DNA of 64,000 nucleotides from Sphagnum compactum (lineage: Eukaryota): the NCBI GenBank assembly GCA_965153455.1, contig OZ234493.1, positions 8,360,213-8,424,212 of the forward strand, read 5' to 3'. Both the position numbers and the translations under genes were made by a program. The notes under the pieces are model-generated. The model made no database searches. It was not told where the DNA came from and saw only the letters and a list, made by a program, of their open reading frames with translations. Below are positions 1 to 12,900 of the stretch, one piece after another. Numbering within the stretch: the stretch's first letter is position 1; each line of letters begins with the position of its first letter.

Positions 1-1671
1 CCTTTAAAAACTACTTAGCTAAAGCTTTGAACTATGGTGATGATGGTGATGGTGACATTGCTTCTATTGTTAGTGTTGTTATTAGTTGATGCAAACCCCC
101 AAACACAAAGTGAGAGAGAGAGGGAGAAAAAAATAAAGACAATTTAAAAAACACAAAAATGAAAAGGTCCCTTGTGATAGACACATGGGCCTCTTCCTTA
201 ATGGTTTTGTTTTTCTTCTCATTTCATTCACACAACAAACTCTAGGGTACGTGAATTGTTCTACAATGTAGTCTCAAAACCGTTGTGGGGTTCCAACACG
301 TGTGTACATTATTAACATCCATAGGCAACAAACTCTTCTTTTGGAACTCCTTTGCCAAAACTCCAAATGTCTTCCATGCATGAAATTTTGGGAGCAAGGT
401 GAAATTTTGGAACTTTTATTGCCAATAACATCTTCCTTTCAAAGACAAGTCAAGAAATATATTTGTTTAAGAATGTAAAACATTTCTAGGGGGATTGATG
501 GTGACTAATTTGGAATACACTATTATCTCCCGGATTTCCGCATGCCCAAAGCTCCAAAAGATACATAAATTATTATGCATTCTTGTTTGTGCATACTAGT
601 TTAATTTGGTTTGAAATTGAAACATATGGTGAACCTAGAAGCCATGTTTCTAGATGTAGTTTTTACACCATGTGACAATCTTATGTGTTTATTGATGAAA
701 CCTTGGCATGTTTTATTAAACAAAACACCTAGCAAAAGGGGAAAGGAAGAACAAAGAGAGAGGACCCAAGTGTGAACCAGAAGCACAAAAACCCAAAGTG
801 GGTCACAAATGGGCATAGGAACAAATTATGTTCCAAAGCCCCCACCAATTGCAAGAAGCATATCAGAAAAGGGAAGGGAAGGGACCCTGAAAGAGTAGTA
901 AGCCTAGAAAAGTCCTCACCATATTTTATTGGTGTTTTGTGTTGGCCACTTTAGAAATTTTGTCCACCAAGTTCATTGTGAACTTATCATTGTGTTGTGA
1001 CAATCTTTGCAACTCTCTCTAGATGGTATATAGCATACACCATAGTTTAGGTTTAATTTCAAGATACTTTAGCTTCAGGGAAAAAAGGAATCAATGTTCT
1101 CCTTTTTTCATTTTACAAAGAAAAGTTCCTTATTGTTTGTCGAGGAGCTTGATTGTTGAGTTTTTCTAGTGTTCTACTTGGTGGAACTTTTGTAGTGTTA
1201 ATGCATTTCATTCCTGTGCATTGTGAGATACTAGTGCAGAATTGTTCCTTGGTCTGGGCACTGTTTTAACTTAGAGGTGAAGTGTACTCTGAACTTTGTT
1301 CGTCTTTTATTGTCAATGATTCAAAATTGGAATTGAGTTTGTGGGGATGCAACATGTGCACCAATTGTTTAAGTCCTTGGCATATATGTGTAGACAATTC
1401 TTTCTCAAAATTTTCCAATGGAGGTCTTCTTGTAAGGCCTCTGAAGTAAAACTGCACACAACCTTGAATCCTCAAGCTGTTTATCCCATTTCTCTTCTCA
1501 CATCTCAGCCTTGACTTTAATACAGGTTTTGCATCTAATGACCCAAAAAAAAATTTAAAAATTGCACAAATTTTGTGAGCTTGCAGCATCACCATGTCAT
1601 CCCACAACCCTGGAGATTTGGTGAGACTTTTGAAATCTGGTTGGAAATGGGAATCACTGTTGGTTGTATGG

Positions 1672-1850
1672 CATGAGAATTGCTGTTAGTGTACTGTATG
1701 AGAGAGAAAGTGTATGAAGATTGCTGTTATTGTATGTGTATGAGAATTGCTGTTATTGTACTGTATGAGAATTGTATGAGGATTTCTGCATTGCTGTTAT
1801 TGTACGGTATGAGAATTGTATGAGAATTGCTGCTGTTGTGTTGAATGAGA
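1672..1850. repeat. Degenerate minisatellite (GTATGAGAATTGCTGTTATTGTACT-like unit)
   Basis: About 6-7 imperfect head-to-tail copies of ATGAGAATTG(CTGTTATTGTA) are visible directly. Confidence 0.75.
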
Positions 1851-2671
1851 ATCGGTTGCAATTGTATTGTACTGCTGCAATACCAGAAGAGAGCTCACCT
1901 TGAAACTCTCAAATGAAACACTTTCTAAACAAGCTGAGAAGGAAAAGAAAAAGAAAAAAGAAGTTTACCACATGATTCCAAACTTCCAAGCACAGAAAGC
2001 GACAACAACCAACCATACCCAACAACAATAAATCAACAAGCCACAGCTACAGAGATTTGATTATGAAATTCATCTACCAATCGGCTGAAAACCCTGGGCT
2101 GTAAGTAGTAGAGACCTGATAAAGATCTCTGGGGGGAGGGGAGAGATATCTGAGTTTTGTACCAATAAACTTGAGAACAGGATGATGGCAAGCAGCATCA
2201 GCCAGCATGAGTCTGCAAGAATTGATTGAAAGAAAAGAAGGAATAACAATTGGTTCATCTCCTACCAAATGGATTGCAGCTTTTTCATTGCTTTTTTTTT
2301 GTTTGTTTTTTTCTAAGTTGCTTTTTTGTTGCTTTTTGTTGTTGTCGTCGTCGTCGTCGTCGTTGTTGCAGACTGGGTTTTTGGCTGCTTTTTGAGTCGC
2401 AGCAGTGGGGAGTAATAATTGCGCTTGCTTTTATGGTTTTGGACGAAGCAGCGGCGGAGATGGTGGGAGTTGGCGGGGGAGCGAGTCGATGTGAGTAGGG
2501 TTTGGCCTGATGAGTAAGTAGTAGACAGGGATTGCAATCCTTCGAAAAGCGATATTTGTCGTCGCTTGTCAGAGGGGAAAAAAGAGAAAAAAAAACCAAA
2601 GAATGCTAACTACTAAGCAGCGCTTTTTTTTCTTTTCTTTTCTGTTTTAAATTTAAAAAAAATTGTCAACA

Positions 2672-3245
2672 AGGTCGACCGGCGATCATTCACAAGAGTA
2701 ATGAGCCAAATTTGGCTACAGGTCATACAGGTCATACAGTGATGTAGTTTTTTTAAAAATAATAATAATAAACTTTCCTAGTTCTGGCGACCCAGAAGAA
2801 CAACTCATTGTCTAAATATGGCGACTTCTTTTCCTCAAGATAGGTATGGCCACTTTTGCAGTTGTTTTGAAAAAACAAGCCCTTCTACAATTTGCACTGG
2901 GTTTTTTTGGGTCACCACAGTGCGAAAATTCGCCCCCTAACAAAAGAAAAAAGAAAAACATGATCCTAAGTAAGTGGTTTTTCTCCCCCAAAGTTTGGCC
3001 AATTGCCAACAACAAATGAAGGTGGGGTGGCGGTGGGGCGGGGAAGGGGGGGAACTCTTATTCGTTTCGGAAAAAATGTCCCAAAGTCGCCATATTTCAG
3101 GGGAAAATTTTAAAATCGCCAGATTAGATGTGCTAAGAGTTAGATTTAGCAAAAACAAATTTCTACTTTCCTCTCTGACCTGTATTCAAATTTGGATAAG
3201 TAAAAGTCCTCTTGTGGATGAATAGCCAATCCACCAACCTCAAAA
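2672..3245. repeat. Interspersed repeat of unknown class; related pieces near 25200-25330, 43440-43620 and 47090-47400
   Basis: Similar motifs recur at several intergenic sites (GCGATCAT...GCCAAATTTGGCTA, TCGCCA(T)ATTT). Boundaries are approximate. Confidence 0.35.
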
Positions 3246-4596
3246 AAGTAATAATTTAAAAAAAAACCCCTCTCTGTAGCCTTCCTTCAATTCTTGGCTC
3301 TGACAAGAGTGCTGTGCAGCGATTGATTTGGGAGTAATAAAAACCCCTTCCTACCCAAAAGGCAAAATTTGTCTACTTTCAGTCTTGTGTCATCAAGACG
3401 AAGCACGCTGGCTGGCTGGCTGGCTTACCCTCCCTCCCTCCCTCCCTCTCCCCCCCCCCCCCCCCCCCCCAAACTCGCCCTCTGGCCGTGCCTCACGTCG
3501 TCAAAAGGGAAGAATCTATCGTCTCGTTGTGCGCATGCCCAACAGCACCACAAAAATAGACACACTGTTTTTCTTTCCTTTTCTAATTCCCCCTGTTGTG
3601 TGTGGTTTTTCCTTCGGGGATTGGGGAAAGGGTGGAGGGGGAGTGGGGTAGGGGTGTCTGGAGGGTTTGGTTTTTGTCCCCTCCTCTTCCATGGCGTAAA
3701 GTGCTTTGGGGAAATTGGGTGTTTTGGGGGTGGGACTTCGTTCTTATTACTTTCTCTCTCTTTCTCTTTCTGCGTTTTACTTCCATGCTTTGTTTTCGCT
3801 CTCCCTACTGCAGTTGGGAATCGTTTGTCGTTTGTCTTTTTCCCGTTTCGTCTAGTCTCGTGTTATGCATTTCGCTTGTTCGTGTGTGGTTGCCAGGCTT
3901 TTTCTCTGGATGCCAGGATCTTTGTGAGAGAGAGACTTGAGATCATCCCAATGTGAGTGAGTGAGTGAGCAAGCGAGGGACGCCGTCTCTCTCCGTTGCC
4001 GTATGTATGTATATATGCATGTATGTTTACATTTGTGTGTGTGTGTGTGTGTGGGTGTTTTTTCCGTTTGCCTCTGTCATCGCCCCCTCTCTATTTCTCT
4101 CCCTCTCTCGCTTTCTTTCTCATTTGCTCTCTTCCTTTTTATTGCGTCGTGGAGAAAACGTACTTGAATTTGGGTTTTGAGATGGGAGGTTGTGTTTGTT
4201 TGGTTCCCTTTCGGATCCATGGGATTGTTTGTGTGACTTCATTATCATCACCATCTTCTTCTTCTTGTGTGAGTTTGTTTTAGGTATGCATTCCTTTGAC
4301 TGTTCCTGGCGAGGAAAAAGGAAGTAGAGAGACGTCTTGAACTCACTCGCAGACTCCTTCATTTCCGAATCTTTTTTTTTTTTGCTTTTGAGGGTTTTCT
4401 GTTTCTTAGGATCCTCGAAGTGAGTTTTAGATTTTGTTTTGTGGCAGGGAAAGCACACTTTCCTTCTTTTTTTCCCCCCTTGGTGTATTAGGTCCTGTCT
4501 ATCAAGCAGGAACGAAGGAGAAACAAACCAACCTTGGGGAGACTGACTTTGTTGGTGTAGTCGCGGTCAGTGGGTTTTTTGGTGAAGGGTTTTCAA

Positions 4597-5823
4597 ATGG
4601 CACACGATTTGTTGGCTGCTGTCGTGAGCCGTCAAGAAGAAGAAGAAGATGAAGGGGAAACGGCAGCTGCGTCGTCGGCATTCGGCGAGAGAATGGCAAA
4701 GAGAGGCTTACTGGTATTGGATCCCAAGATCTGGTGTAAGTTACCAGAGGAGCTTTTGGAAAGAGTTCTGCTGCATCTGCCTTTGCAGAGTCTGGCACGG
4801 ATGAGGACCATTTGCAAGAAATGGGATCATTATGTGTTCACAAGTGCATTCACAAAGCTGCGTGCACAAATCTGGCAGCAGAAGCCATGGATTGTCATGA
4901 CCTCCACAGAGAAGTCTCTATTCGTTTACGATTCTGGTCTGGACACATGGCATCAAGTACCCATCCCGTTCAATGCCCACGAACTCCATGTGGTAGCAGC
5001 AGCGGGTGGCTTGCTCTGCTTCTCAAATGCTTGGTTCCAGTGGCCACGCATGTACGTGTGCAATCCTATGACACAAAAGTGGCGACGACTGCCTCCCATG
5101 AACACTTGGATGATCTCCACAGTTGGCATGGTGTATGAGGAAGAAGCAGCAGCCACCACCCCTCCAGCTGCTGCCTCCTCCTCCTTCAAGGTTCTTGTCT
5201 GTGGTCGTCTTGAAAACCACAGTATGATCACAGAAGTATATGATTCAAACACAAACTCCTGGACCATAGGAGGCAATCCTTCACCAGCTCGCAAGCATGG
5301 AGGACATGCATCCTTGTGGTGTGATGGGATCTTCTACTGCCTCACATTCCCCTTCTCCACTCTTTGTCTCTTGGCTTATAACTTGCGGCAGGGAGCTTGG
5401 TATGAAGTCCCTGTCCGAATGCCTGCACCCATCATGTCACCATCACTGGTGGAATGCAAGGGAAGATTGATGCTTGTTGGAGGCCTTGAAGAAGAGCATT
5501 CGGTGTTTGTGATTCAGATATGGGAGCTCGATTCCAACAAACACGAGTGGGTGGAACTTGAGAGAATGCCATCACAATTGTGCAAAGATTTTGTAACAAA
5601 CATGGTCCCTAGTAAACCACTCTCATGTTTCGCAACTGGTGACTTCATCTTCCTTATGATTCCTAGCAGCAATAACTACATGCCTGCTTTGATGTTCAAT
5701 CTCACTCACCGAACTTGGGATTGGTGGCCTACTTCTGATTTCCCTACAGAGCTTCCTGAAGTCAATATTGGCCAGTCTTCAGGTATTAGCTTTGAGCCAT
5801 GTCTCAATGCATCTGTTTTCTAG
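4597..5823 (+). CDS. F-box protein with C-terminal kelch-like beta-propeller (UFO/LCR/SKIP-like class), 408 aa, intronless CDS
   Basis: First ATG at 4597 within ORF 4570-5823. F-box motif IWCKLPEELLERVLLHLPLQSLARMRTICKKW, followed by VVAAAGGLLCF, YVCNPMTQKWRRLPPM, TEVYDS, LVECKGRLMLVGG, IWELD...WVELERMP and terminal FEPCLNA. A probable 5' UTR intron runs from about 3953 (GTGAGT) to 4490 (TAG). Confidence 0.93.
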   Translation: MAHDLLAAVVSRQEEEEDEGETAAASSAFGERMAKRGLLVLDPKIWCKLPEELLERVLLHLPLQSLARMRTICKKWDHYVFTSAFTKLRAQIWQQKPWIVMTSTEKSLFVYDSGLDTWHQVPIPFNAHELHVVAAAGGLLCFSNAWFQWPRMYVCNPMTQKWRRLPPMNTWMISTVGMVYEEEAAATTPPAAASSSFKVLVCGRLENHSMITEVYDSNTNSWTIGGNPSPARKHGGHASLWCDGIFYCLTFPFSTLCLLAYNLRQGAWYEVPVRMPAPIMSPSLVECKGRLMLVGGLEEEHSVFVIQIWELDSNKHEWVELERMPSQLCKDFVTNMVPSKPLSCFATGDFIFLMIPSSNNYMPALMFNLTHRTWDWWPTSDFPTELPEVNIGQSSGISFEPCLNASVF

Positions 5824-5831
5824 GTCTCCCT

Positions 5832-6058
5832 CTGCTTAAATCTGCAGAAAATTTGGGGAGTCTTAAAATTCTGGCTGGATGTGCACAGCTTCTAGCGCTG
5901 CCTGCTTAAATCTGCAAAAAACTTGGGATTCTTAAAACTCCTTTTGGATGTGTACATCTTCTAGGGTTGTCTGCTGCTTAGCTCTGCAGAAACTTGGGAT
6001 TCTCAAAACTTCTTTTGAATGCATGCTGAAATCTGCAGAAATTTGTGAGTCCCAAAAC
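5832..6058 (+). repeat. About 70-bp tandem repeat (about 3.5 copies) in the F-box 3' UTR
   Basis: Repeated CTGCTTAAATCTGCAGAAA.TTGGGA.TCTTAAAA.TC...GGATGTG.ACA.CTTCTAG begins just after the stop codon. Confidence 0.75.
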
Positions 6059-6914
6059 ACTCCCTGCACATACTGTATACATCCTTTCCACATTTGGAGG
6101 CTCACAAACATATTCTAGATTGTTTGTGTTGTATATGGTAGTGAATTGTTGTTGACAACCGACTGTTTGAGCAGAGACTAGAAGAGGGACTTGGATTTCT
6201 GTTTCACACAGATGTCTAATAGATTAGTGAAGCATGTTCCAGTCCACAAGGAATGTGAACACACTTTTGTATTCTACCTGTTTGTTAATTTGAACCCACA
6301 TTTTGTGTAACAAAAAGAACATGCTCTTCAACCTGCTTTCTACATAGCCTCTTGGTTCCAAGTGCAGAAAGATATGAAACTCTAAAAGAATACTTTATTG
6401 TTGTGGCTTTCAATACAGTTAATTGAGGAGCTTCTCATCTGTATACTCAATGATATGATTATCATGACCCTCACCACCTGTAACCAAAGTAAGCACAGAC
6501 TGGAAGCAATTATTTGGGAAAGGTCAGCATTAAGAGAAACAATTAACAATTTGATTACAGTGTGAATAAAGGTTCATTTTATTAGAGTTCTTTCCGCATG
6601 ATCCTTACATGAAGGTGGCTTTAGTCCTTCAAACTCCTCCTCTGAAAACATCCTTGCTATGCACTCACATCTGTCAGGTGAACATCATCTGACCTGCACA
6701 CCTCCATACATATTCTCTGCAAAATTATTCATTAAGGTCTGTTGCCTAATCTACTCTACCCACACTGTGCTAATACAAACCTCGTCAAGTGGTACAATGT
6801 CAGGCCATGGATTGTATTTGGCAGTATATGTAATGAAGTAATGTCGACGTCTACTTGAACAATGACCCTCTCAAAGTACTGTTTAGTGACAGATGTCTGT
6901 GTTGTAACACAGTC

Positions 6915-9900
6915 CTAGAGTCGGGATTGTTGTGCAGGAACAGCATCTGGAGCAACTTGCACAACCACCTACAAAAACAATGATTTTGTAAGAATTAGCT
7001 CAAAATGAATCCAAAAACATTTCTGTTAAGCAAATTTCAGAGTGTCCTGTTCTGTGTTTCTCAGACTGAATCCAAGCCTGTTGAATGTTGCAAGTACAAA
7101 TCTATCAGAAAGTTGCATGAAGTTATCCAATAAGAAGGTTGATTGAGGTTCGAACTGTGGATGACAGTGCCCACAAGTAACCGAAGTTATCAGATGGAAA
7201 TCATTGAATGTTTTGAATAAAGGATGTGAGAAAAGATACACCTTTCCGATGCTGTGGCCAGAGTGAAGATACTCTACTGCATCTGCCACTGAGTTCAATC
7301 CCACAAACCTAGTTGGGTCGATTGTGATCTGCAAAGCGCCCAAAGAATCTTAGTATTCGGAACAAGATCACATGTAATAGGCAACATATGGATGCGATGT
7401 CTCCTTTTGACTGCAACCTGCAAGGCTTATTGATTCATAACCAACACGGAAAGGTGTATAAGGCATGAAAATTGCTCTCACCTTAAGGTCACCAGCAGAA
7501 TACAGATTGTAAAGCTTCTCAATATGCTCCTTAAAGAGCTTCCTATAGTGATTTACATAGAAGCCAGTCTGTCCCAACAATCAGGGACATGGATGAGTAA
7601 GAGGAAGAATGATGACTTAATCCAATACTTGTAAATGAGAATACAGAGAAAACTGCACATCAAAAACTTTCAAGGTAAACACTGCATCAGTTCCAGCCAA
7701 ACCAAAACACAAGCAAGAATGAGTGTGGTCATAGCCTTGCCAATGCCATGCACAAAGTGTCAGACCATAAAAGTATCATAAGTGGCAGTGATCAGCTACC
7801 ATTACTCCCCACTGACTATATAAAATCCCAAGAGGCATGGCTCAAACTCATAAATTAACAGTGGATAAGCACAGAATACCCAGCCCATGAGAGACACTAA
7901 CCAGTGTTTGTGATTTTGCCAGTAGCTTCTCACAAAGGCCTGGATAATTGCCAGGTTTCCATCCCTCTGCTGGTGTCTCACCTGCATACTGAAAGCCATG
8001 AACAAATCTATGAGATTGCAGAGAAAACTCCTTGACAACACTTTGAAACATACATATACATCCACAATGATTGCCATGCTATTTGCTACTAACATTAGTC
8101 ATCAGTGAAATAATCTGAAACAGTGTAGAATACACAATATCAACTGTGTGAGTATATAGCAATGTGAGGAAACCATTAATTGACAGCAGACCTGCAAATA
8201 ATCCACATGTAATTAAACATACTTTTTGGCTCTTGAGCTCAGCTACTGTCATTCAATTTAGTCCAAGGGATACTCAGTCACAGAACAATGTCAAGGTGAT
8301 CCAGGTTTCCAGGGGCCACTACAACTCCATGGACACAGGACCCATGCATGTCACCCTACCCATACCTTACTGGAAATTGAAAATTGAACCACGGCCAATG
8401 CAGACAGCACACTTCTTCCCATTGTACTTTCCACACAGGAAAGACACATGCCATAGAGAGATAATATTGCCATCCAAGTGGGGTATGTGCAAGGTAGACA
8501 GAATATACACACACCTGAGAGATCATGCCAATGAGAACCATGCGACCAAAAACAGCCAAACTGTTCATGCATGTCTGAAACATTTCACCTCCAACTGACT
8601 CATAAACTATGTTCACTCCATTTGGGAACTCCCTCTTCAACACCTGGTGCACACACAAATGAATGAATTCTGATCAGCACACCATTACAAAACTGCAGCA
8701 AACCAAAGTGGTTCAAGAGTGATCTAAAGGGTGTACACCCTTCTAGGACATGGACTTCTAGGACATGGACTTTGTAGGCACTTAGGACCCCACTATAGAA
8801 AACAAAAAATTCACCTTTCATTGAACTCAAGGGACAGACTCCAGACTATACTTAGAGTCCTTAGCGATCTCAAAAGAATCTCATAGACATCTTTCCAATA
8901 GCCAATGCTGGATGAATCTGTGACTGTGTCAATGATTTCCTTTCAGATTTAACCCTTGGTCTAAGAGTTCTTATGATATCACATAGCCCATCACTGAGGC
9001 AAGGAGATGGAAAGAACCAATTTGATGTTCTCTTGCGTGTAATCAATGACTCGATCTACTCCAATGCCACGGAGAAGTGCAGCTTTCCTTGCTCCACCAC
9101 ATGTGGCCACCACCTTGTTCCCTGCTATCTTTGCCAGCTACATGGACAGCAATATCAGGAAAGAAATCAGTCCTTGAAAAATGGAAGACAGCAACCAATG
9201 AATCTCCTAAAGTCTAGCAATACACCATCCGAAAAACCAGATTACTAACAAAGAAAACAAGCTATGTACTAAAATATCTCAGATTCTTTGTAGATCTTTG
9301 ATGGCACTATGTGTGAAGTGTAGCAAATGAACACAGGCAAGCAATCTCAGATTTTGACTCTTCTAAGAAACCTGTTAGTCAAACATTTCTAATCATTTAC
9401 ACTGAGAAAGAGTTGACCATCTCCAACTTTTACCTGACTATCTCTAAAAGCCTCTCCTGAAGATGACTTCCTCAACCCAAAAATGTTCATGTACACTCGG
9501 ACTCTTCAAGATATAATTCCTCAATGGCATAACTCTTCAACATGTTGAGATTATGGATTGGGGCTGCAACCATTTTCGTTAATCTACATTTGGAAATTCT
9601 ACTGATTGGAAATATAGAGAAACTAAGTTCAGGTCCTATGTCCTTCAATGGTTGAGCAAAAGGTGCTAATAGGAGGAACAAGGGGTGGTTGACTGTAAAG
9701 CAGAGGCAGCCAACATTTTTTATTGCAAAAGAGAACAGTTTGAGAAAGGTTAAGATAGCTTATTGGGACCCAAGCTACAGAAAATGAGAAAACATGAGTA
9801 AGCGGGCAAATTATTCACCTGAACAGCAAATTGACCCGTTCCACCAGCAGCTGCTGTAACAAGGACTGTCTCCCCTGATTTCATCTTCCCTGCCTGAAAA

Positions 9901-12900
9901 AGTCCAGATTGGTCAGTGTGATATGAAGTCATGTGAATAACACTCCTTGAAGAACTATGAAGCATGACCCACATGGCTACTGTAACAAGCTTTGCTAGGA
10001 CATTGGTGAGAACTGGTCTAGAGTTCAAATCAAGTGGGATACATATTCATCAGTAGTTGATGTGCAGATGCTGCCTAGATTATTTAGTAAACCTAATATG
10101 ATTTGTTCAACACCCTAACTAATTTCCACCAACACTATCATTTTCTGCTCATGAGTCAAGTGACATACTAACCTGCTCAAGTCCAATGGAGGCAGTAAGG
10201 CCTGATGTCAATATAGCCACAATTTCAGGGATTGCTGCTGGTACAGGAAATGCATGTTTTACAGCAATCTGCAAAATCCAGAACTTTGTCTCATACAAGT
10301 CTCTGATGTAGAAGATACTGACCATAACTCAAATGCAACTTTCTGCAGGCAATTCACTACAAAGACAGGAATTATGCTTACACAGATGCTGAAGGCCCCA
10401 ACAGTCCCAAAAATCAATCATTCAAATGCCACTAACTTCAGAACATCTCTATTCACAATGTGAATTTTATTACCTCCCTGTACTCTGAGAATCCCCCATC
10501 AAAGACTGTGGCAACAGGTGACCCAAGCCTTATGGCATCAGCAGACACACCTTCACCCATGCCAGCAACCAGCCCAATTGCCTGTCCATCAAACAGATCC
10601 ATTTGACTTGTTATGAATAATAGGACAAGATCGCAAGTAGATGTTTCCAGAGAACATCATTGTGAACATCACTGCCAACTTTGTGAGACTGACTGAACCA
10701 TACTGCTTTCCACATATGCAACAGAAGTCCTTTAAAAACTTTACCTCAAACCCAGAGTCATAAGGGAGTTTAGTGGCTGCTATCTCTCTGCCATGGTAAA
10801 ACCCAGAGCTAAAATTAATCTGCACACCACATCAAATATGAGACAGACATTGAGCAGAACAAGGAAAATGCCTGAAAGCAGACATTGAATGCTAGTTGCA
10901 AGACAACAGAAAAATTTGGGAGAAAAAGAACAAAATGGTCTGGTCAACATCTCAAAGAGTTAGGCACCAAAATCCTGTAAATATTTAAGTGCTGACACCC
11001 AACCAAAGGCTACTTCATCCCTTGGGAGGATGCATGAAGTCCTGACAGTTATTAACAGACAAATGCAGATTTTGATAGCTTTGCCTCTGGATCTGAGAAG
11101 TAAACTGAACCTGAGAACCACTGTCAATAGATGTTTCAGTTCCGAAAAAAGAAAATTACTGCAACTGTAGGAAGGCAAATATAGGATTCAACTAGAGGAC
11201 TTACATCACTTGCATTGACACCTGCATAAAGAACTTTAATGAGGATGTGGCCAGGCTTCACAGGAGGTTTGTAAAACACAGTCACAATTTTTGTAGCTGC
11301 TCTGAAATCAGCACTTAACTTATGCACCACACTGCACCCAAACACAGACACCAACTTGGCCAAAATCAACTTTTATCCATTAAAAGAGCTAACCCAACAA
11401 CTTCTCGAGTAAACACCAAACTCTACATCTCATTGTCAAACACAGAGTCATAAAAACTTGATTATGCATAAGAAAGCAATGACCCTGACAGCAATTAGGA
11501 ATGAACTCACTTTACATCACCTTCACCAGCTAATGAAGTGGACACTGTCTTAAAATGATGCAAACAATAATGAACAAGTGGTCTAAGGATGGACTTATGC
11601 AAAACATATCTCTCATCAGATAGAAACTGAAGCCAAAAATGTTTGAATCTCCTTTGAATTAGGGAACCATAATATGGGAACCATCACAGGAACTGCAAGA
11701 AATGAGTTTGCTCTCTGGTTTGAGATCTACTTGGACAGTGCAGATGGTTAGTTTCACAAAGGTCAGAGTAAAAAATGATTGCATCAGGTTTGAGAACTTC
11801 TTACACTTTATGAAACTCTTTTGGAATAGGAGGTGGTGTTTCTAGATGAGGAGGAGGCTTCCTTTGCAACTTGGCACCAGCAGATGACAACCTATACTTT
11901 TTCTCCTCTTCCTTGTCAGGCCAGTATTCAAATCCTCTTCGGTTTGAAATCCAAAGGCAGGCACCAGCCTTGCTTTCATCTTCCATGAGCATAAAGGAGC
12001 CTGATGTAAACAGCCAAAAGGCACAACAAACTGGTGACAAATTTCATGATCCTAAGCTACACTTTTCAATGCTGAATGACTTCTTCTCATCATCAAGTTC
12101 TTACTGCAGTGAAACACTCACCTTAGACCCTACACCCCACTCCTAAACTGTGTAACACCTGTTGATGACTTTTCAGGACTAATCATAACTACACCCAGCA
12201 ATCTTGTGGACACATACACAGCACAGTCATTCAAAGAGTTTGCAGCATTGACACTGCCAACTACCATGTCAACTTCAACAAGGATTTATCACAGTTTCAA
12301 ATATACTCTTATGATTGGAATATGCAGGTTACAATGAGGCGCACCTTCAATAACCTTGTCCATGGTAATATAGCCCATTGAGTTCTCAATCCACTTTCTT
12401 TCAGTTGCACTCATCTTTTCCACAAGGGGAGTCACAATAAACTGGACATAGGAAAAACAAAATCATACCAGATGAAACAAGTTCTTACAAACAGAAAAAT
12501 TGAACTGCCAATTTTTAAGCCAAATACCAGCTGCATACAGATATGATATGGATAGAAAAAGAATCTAAGCTGCAATAAGGTGCATTGGATTAGTTTCAGC
12601 CATTCTACAAAGAAGGTCTCTTAAGTAGGTCTAAAATGGTGATAGGTAGACAACTAGTTACCCCAAGGTGACAGGTAGTGGTACCTCAGGACAAAGGGCA
12701 TTAACACGAATTCCTTTTGCTTTAAGCTTAGACAGTGACCTTGTGAACATCACCACCCCCGCTGCAACAAATCACAAAACCATTTGCCACTATCAATTGT
12801 GAAACAAGAAAAGCTACAGTTGCTACAAAATATGTAATGGTCACTACGAGGATCACCATTGAGAAAAATGAAAGCAGAATCCATTTCTTGGACAATTGTT

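Noticed and set aside
3328-4458. ORFs of 68-195 aa upstream of the F-box gene
   Set aside because: Non-ATG starts and low-complexity translations of microsatellite-rich leader/intron DNA.
4780-4800. miR536-like target site in the F-box motif
   Set aside because: Only about 12/21 match, with mismatches near the cleavage site.
5553-5572. miR394-like target site in the F-box CDS
   Set aside because: Only about 15/20 match with a central mismatch, explained by the conserved ELERMP peptide. miR394 is not known to me from mosses.
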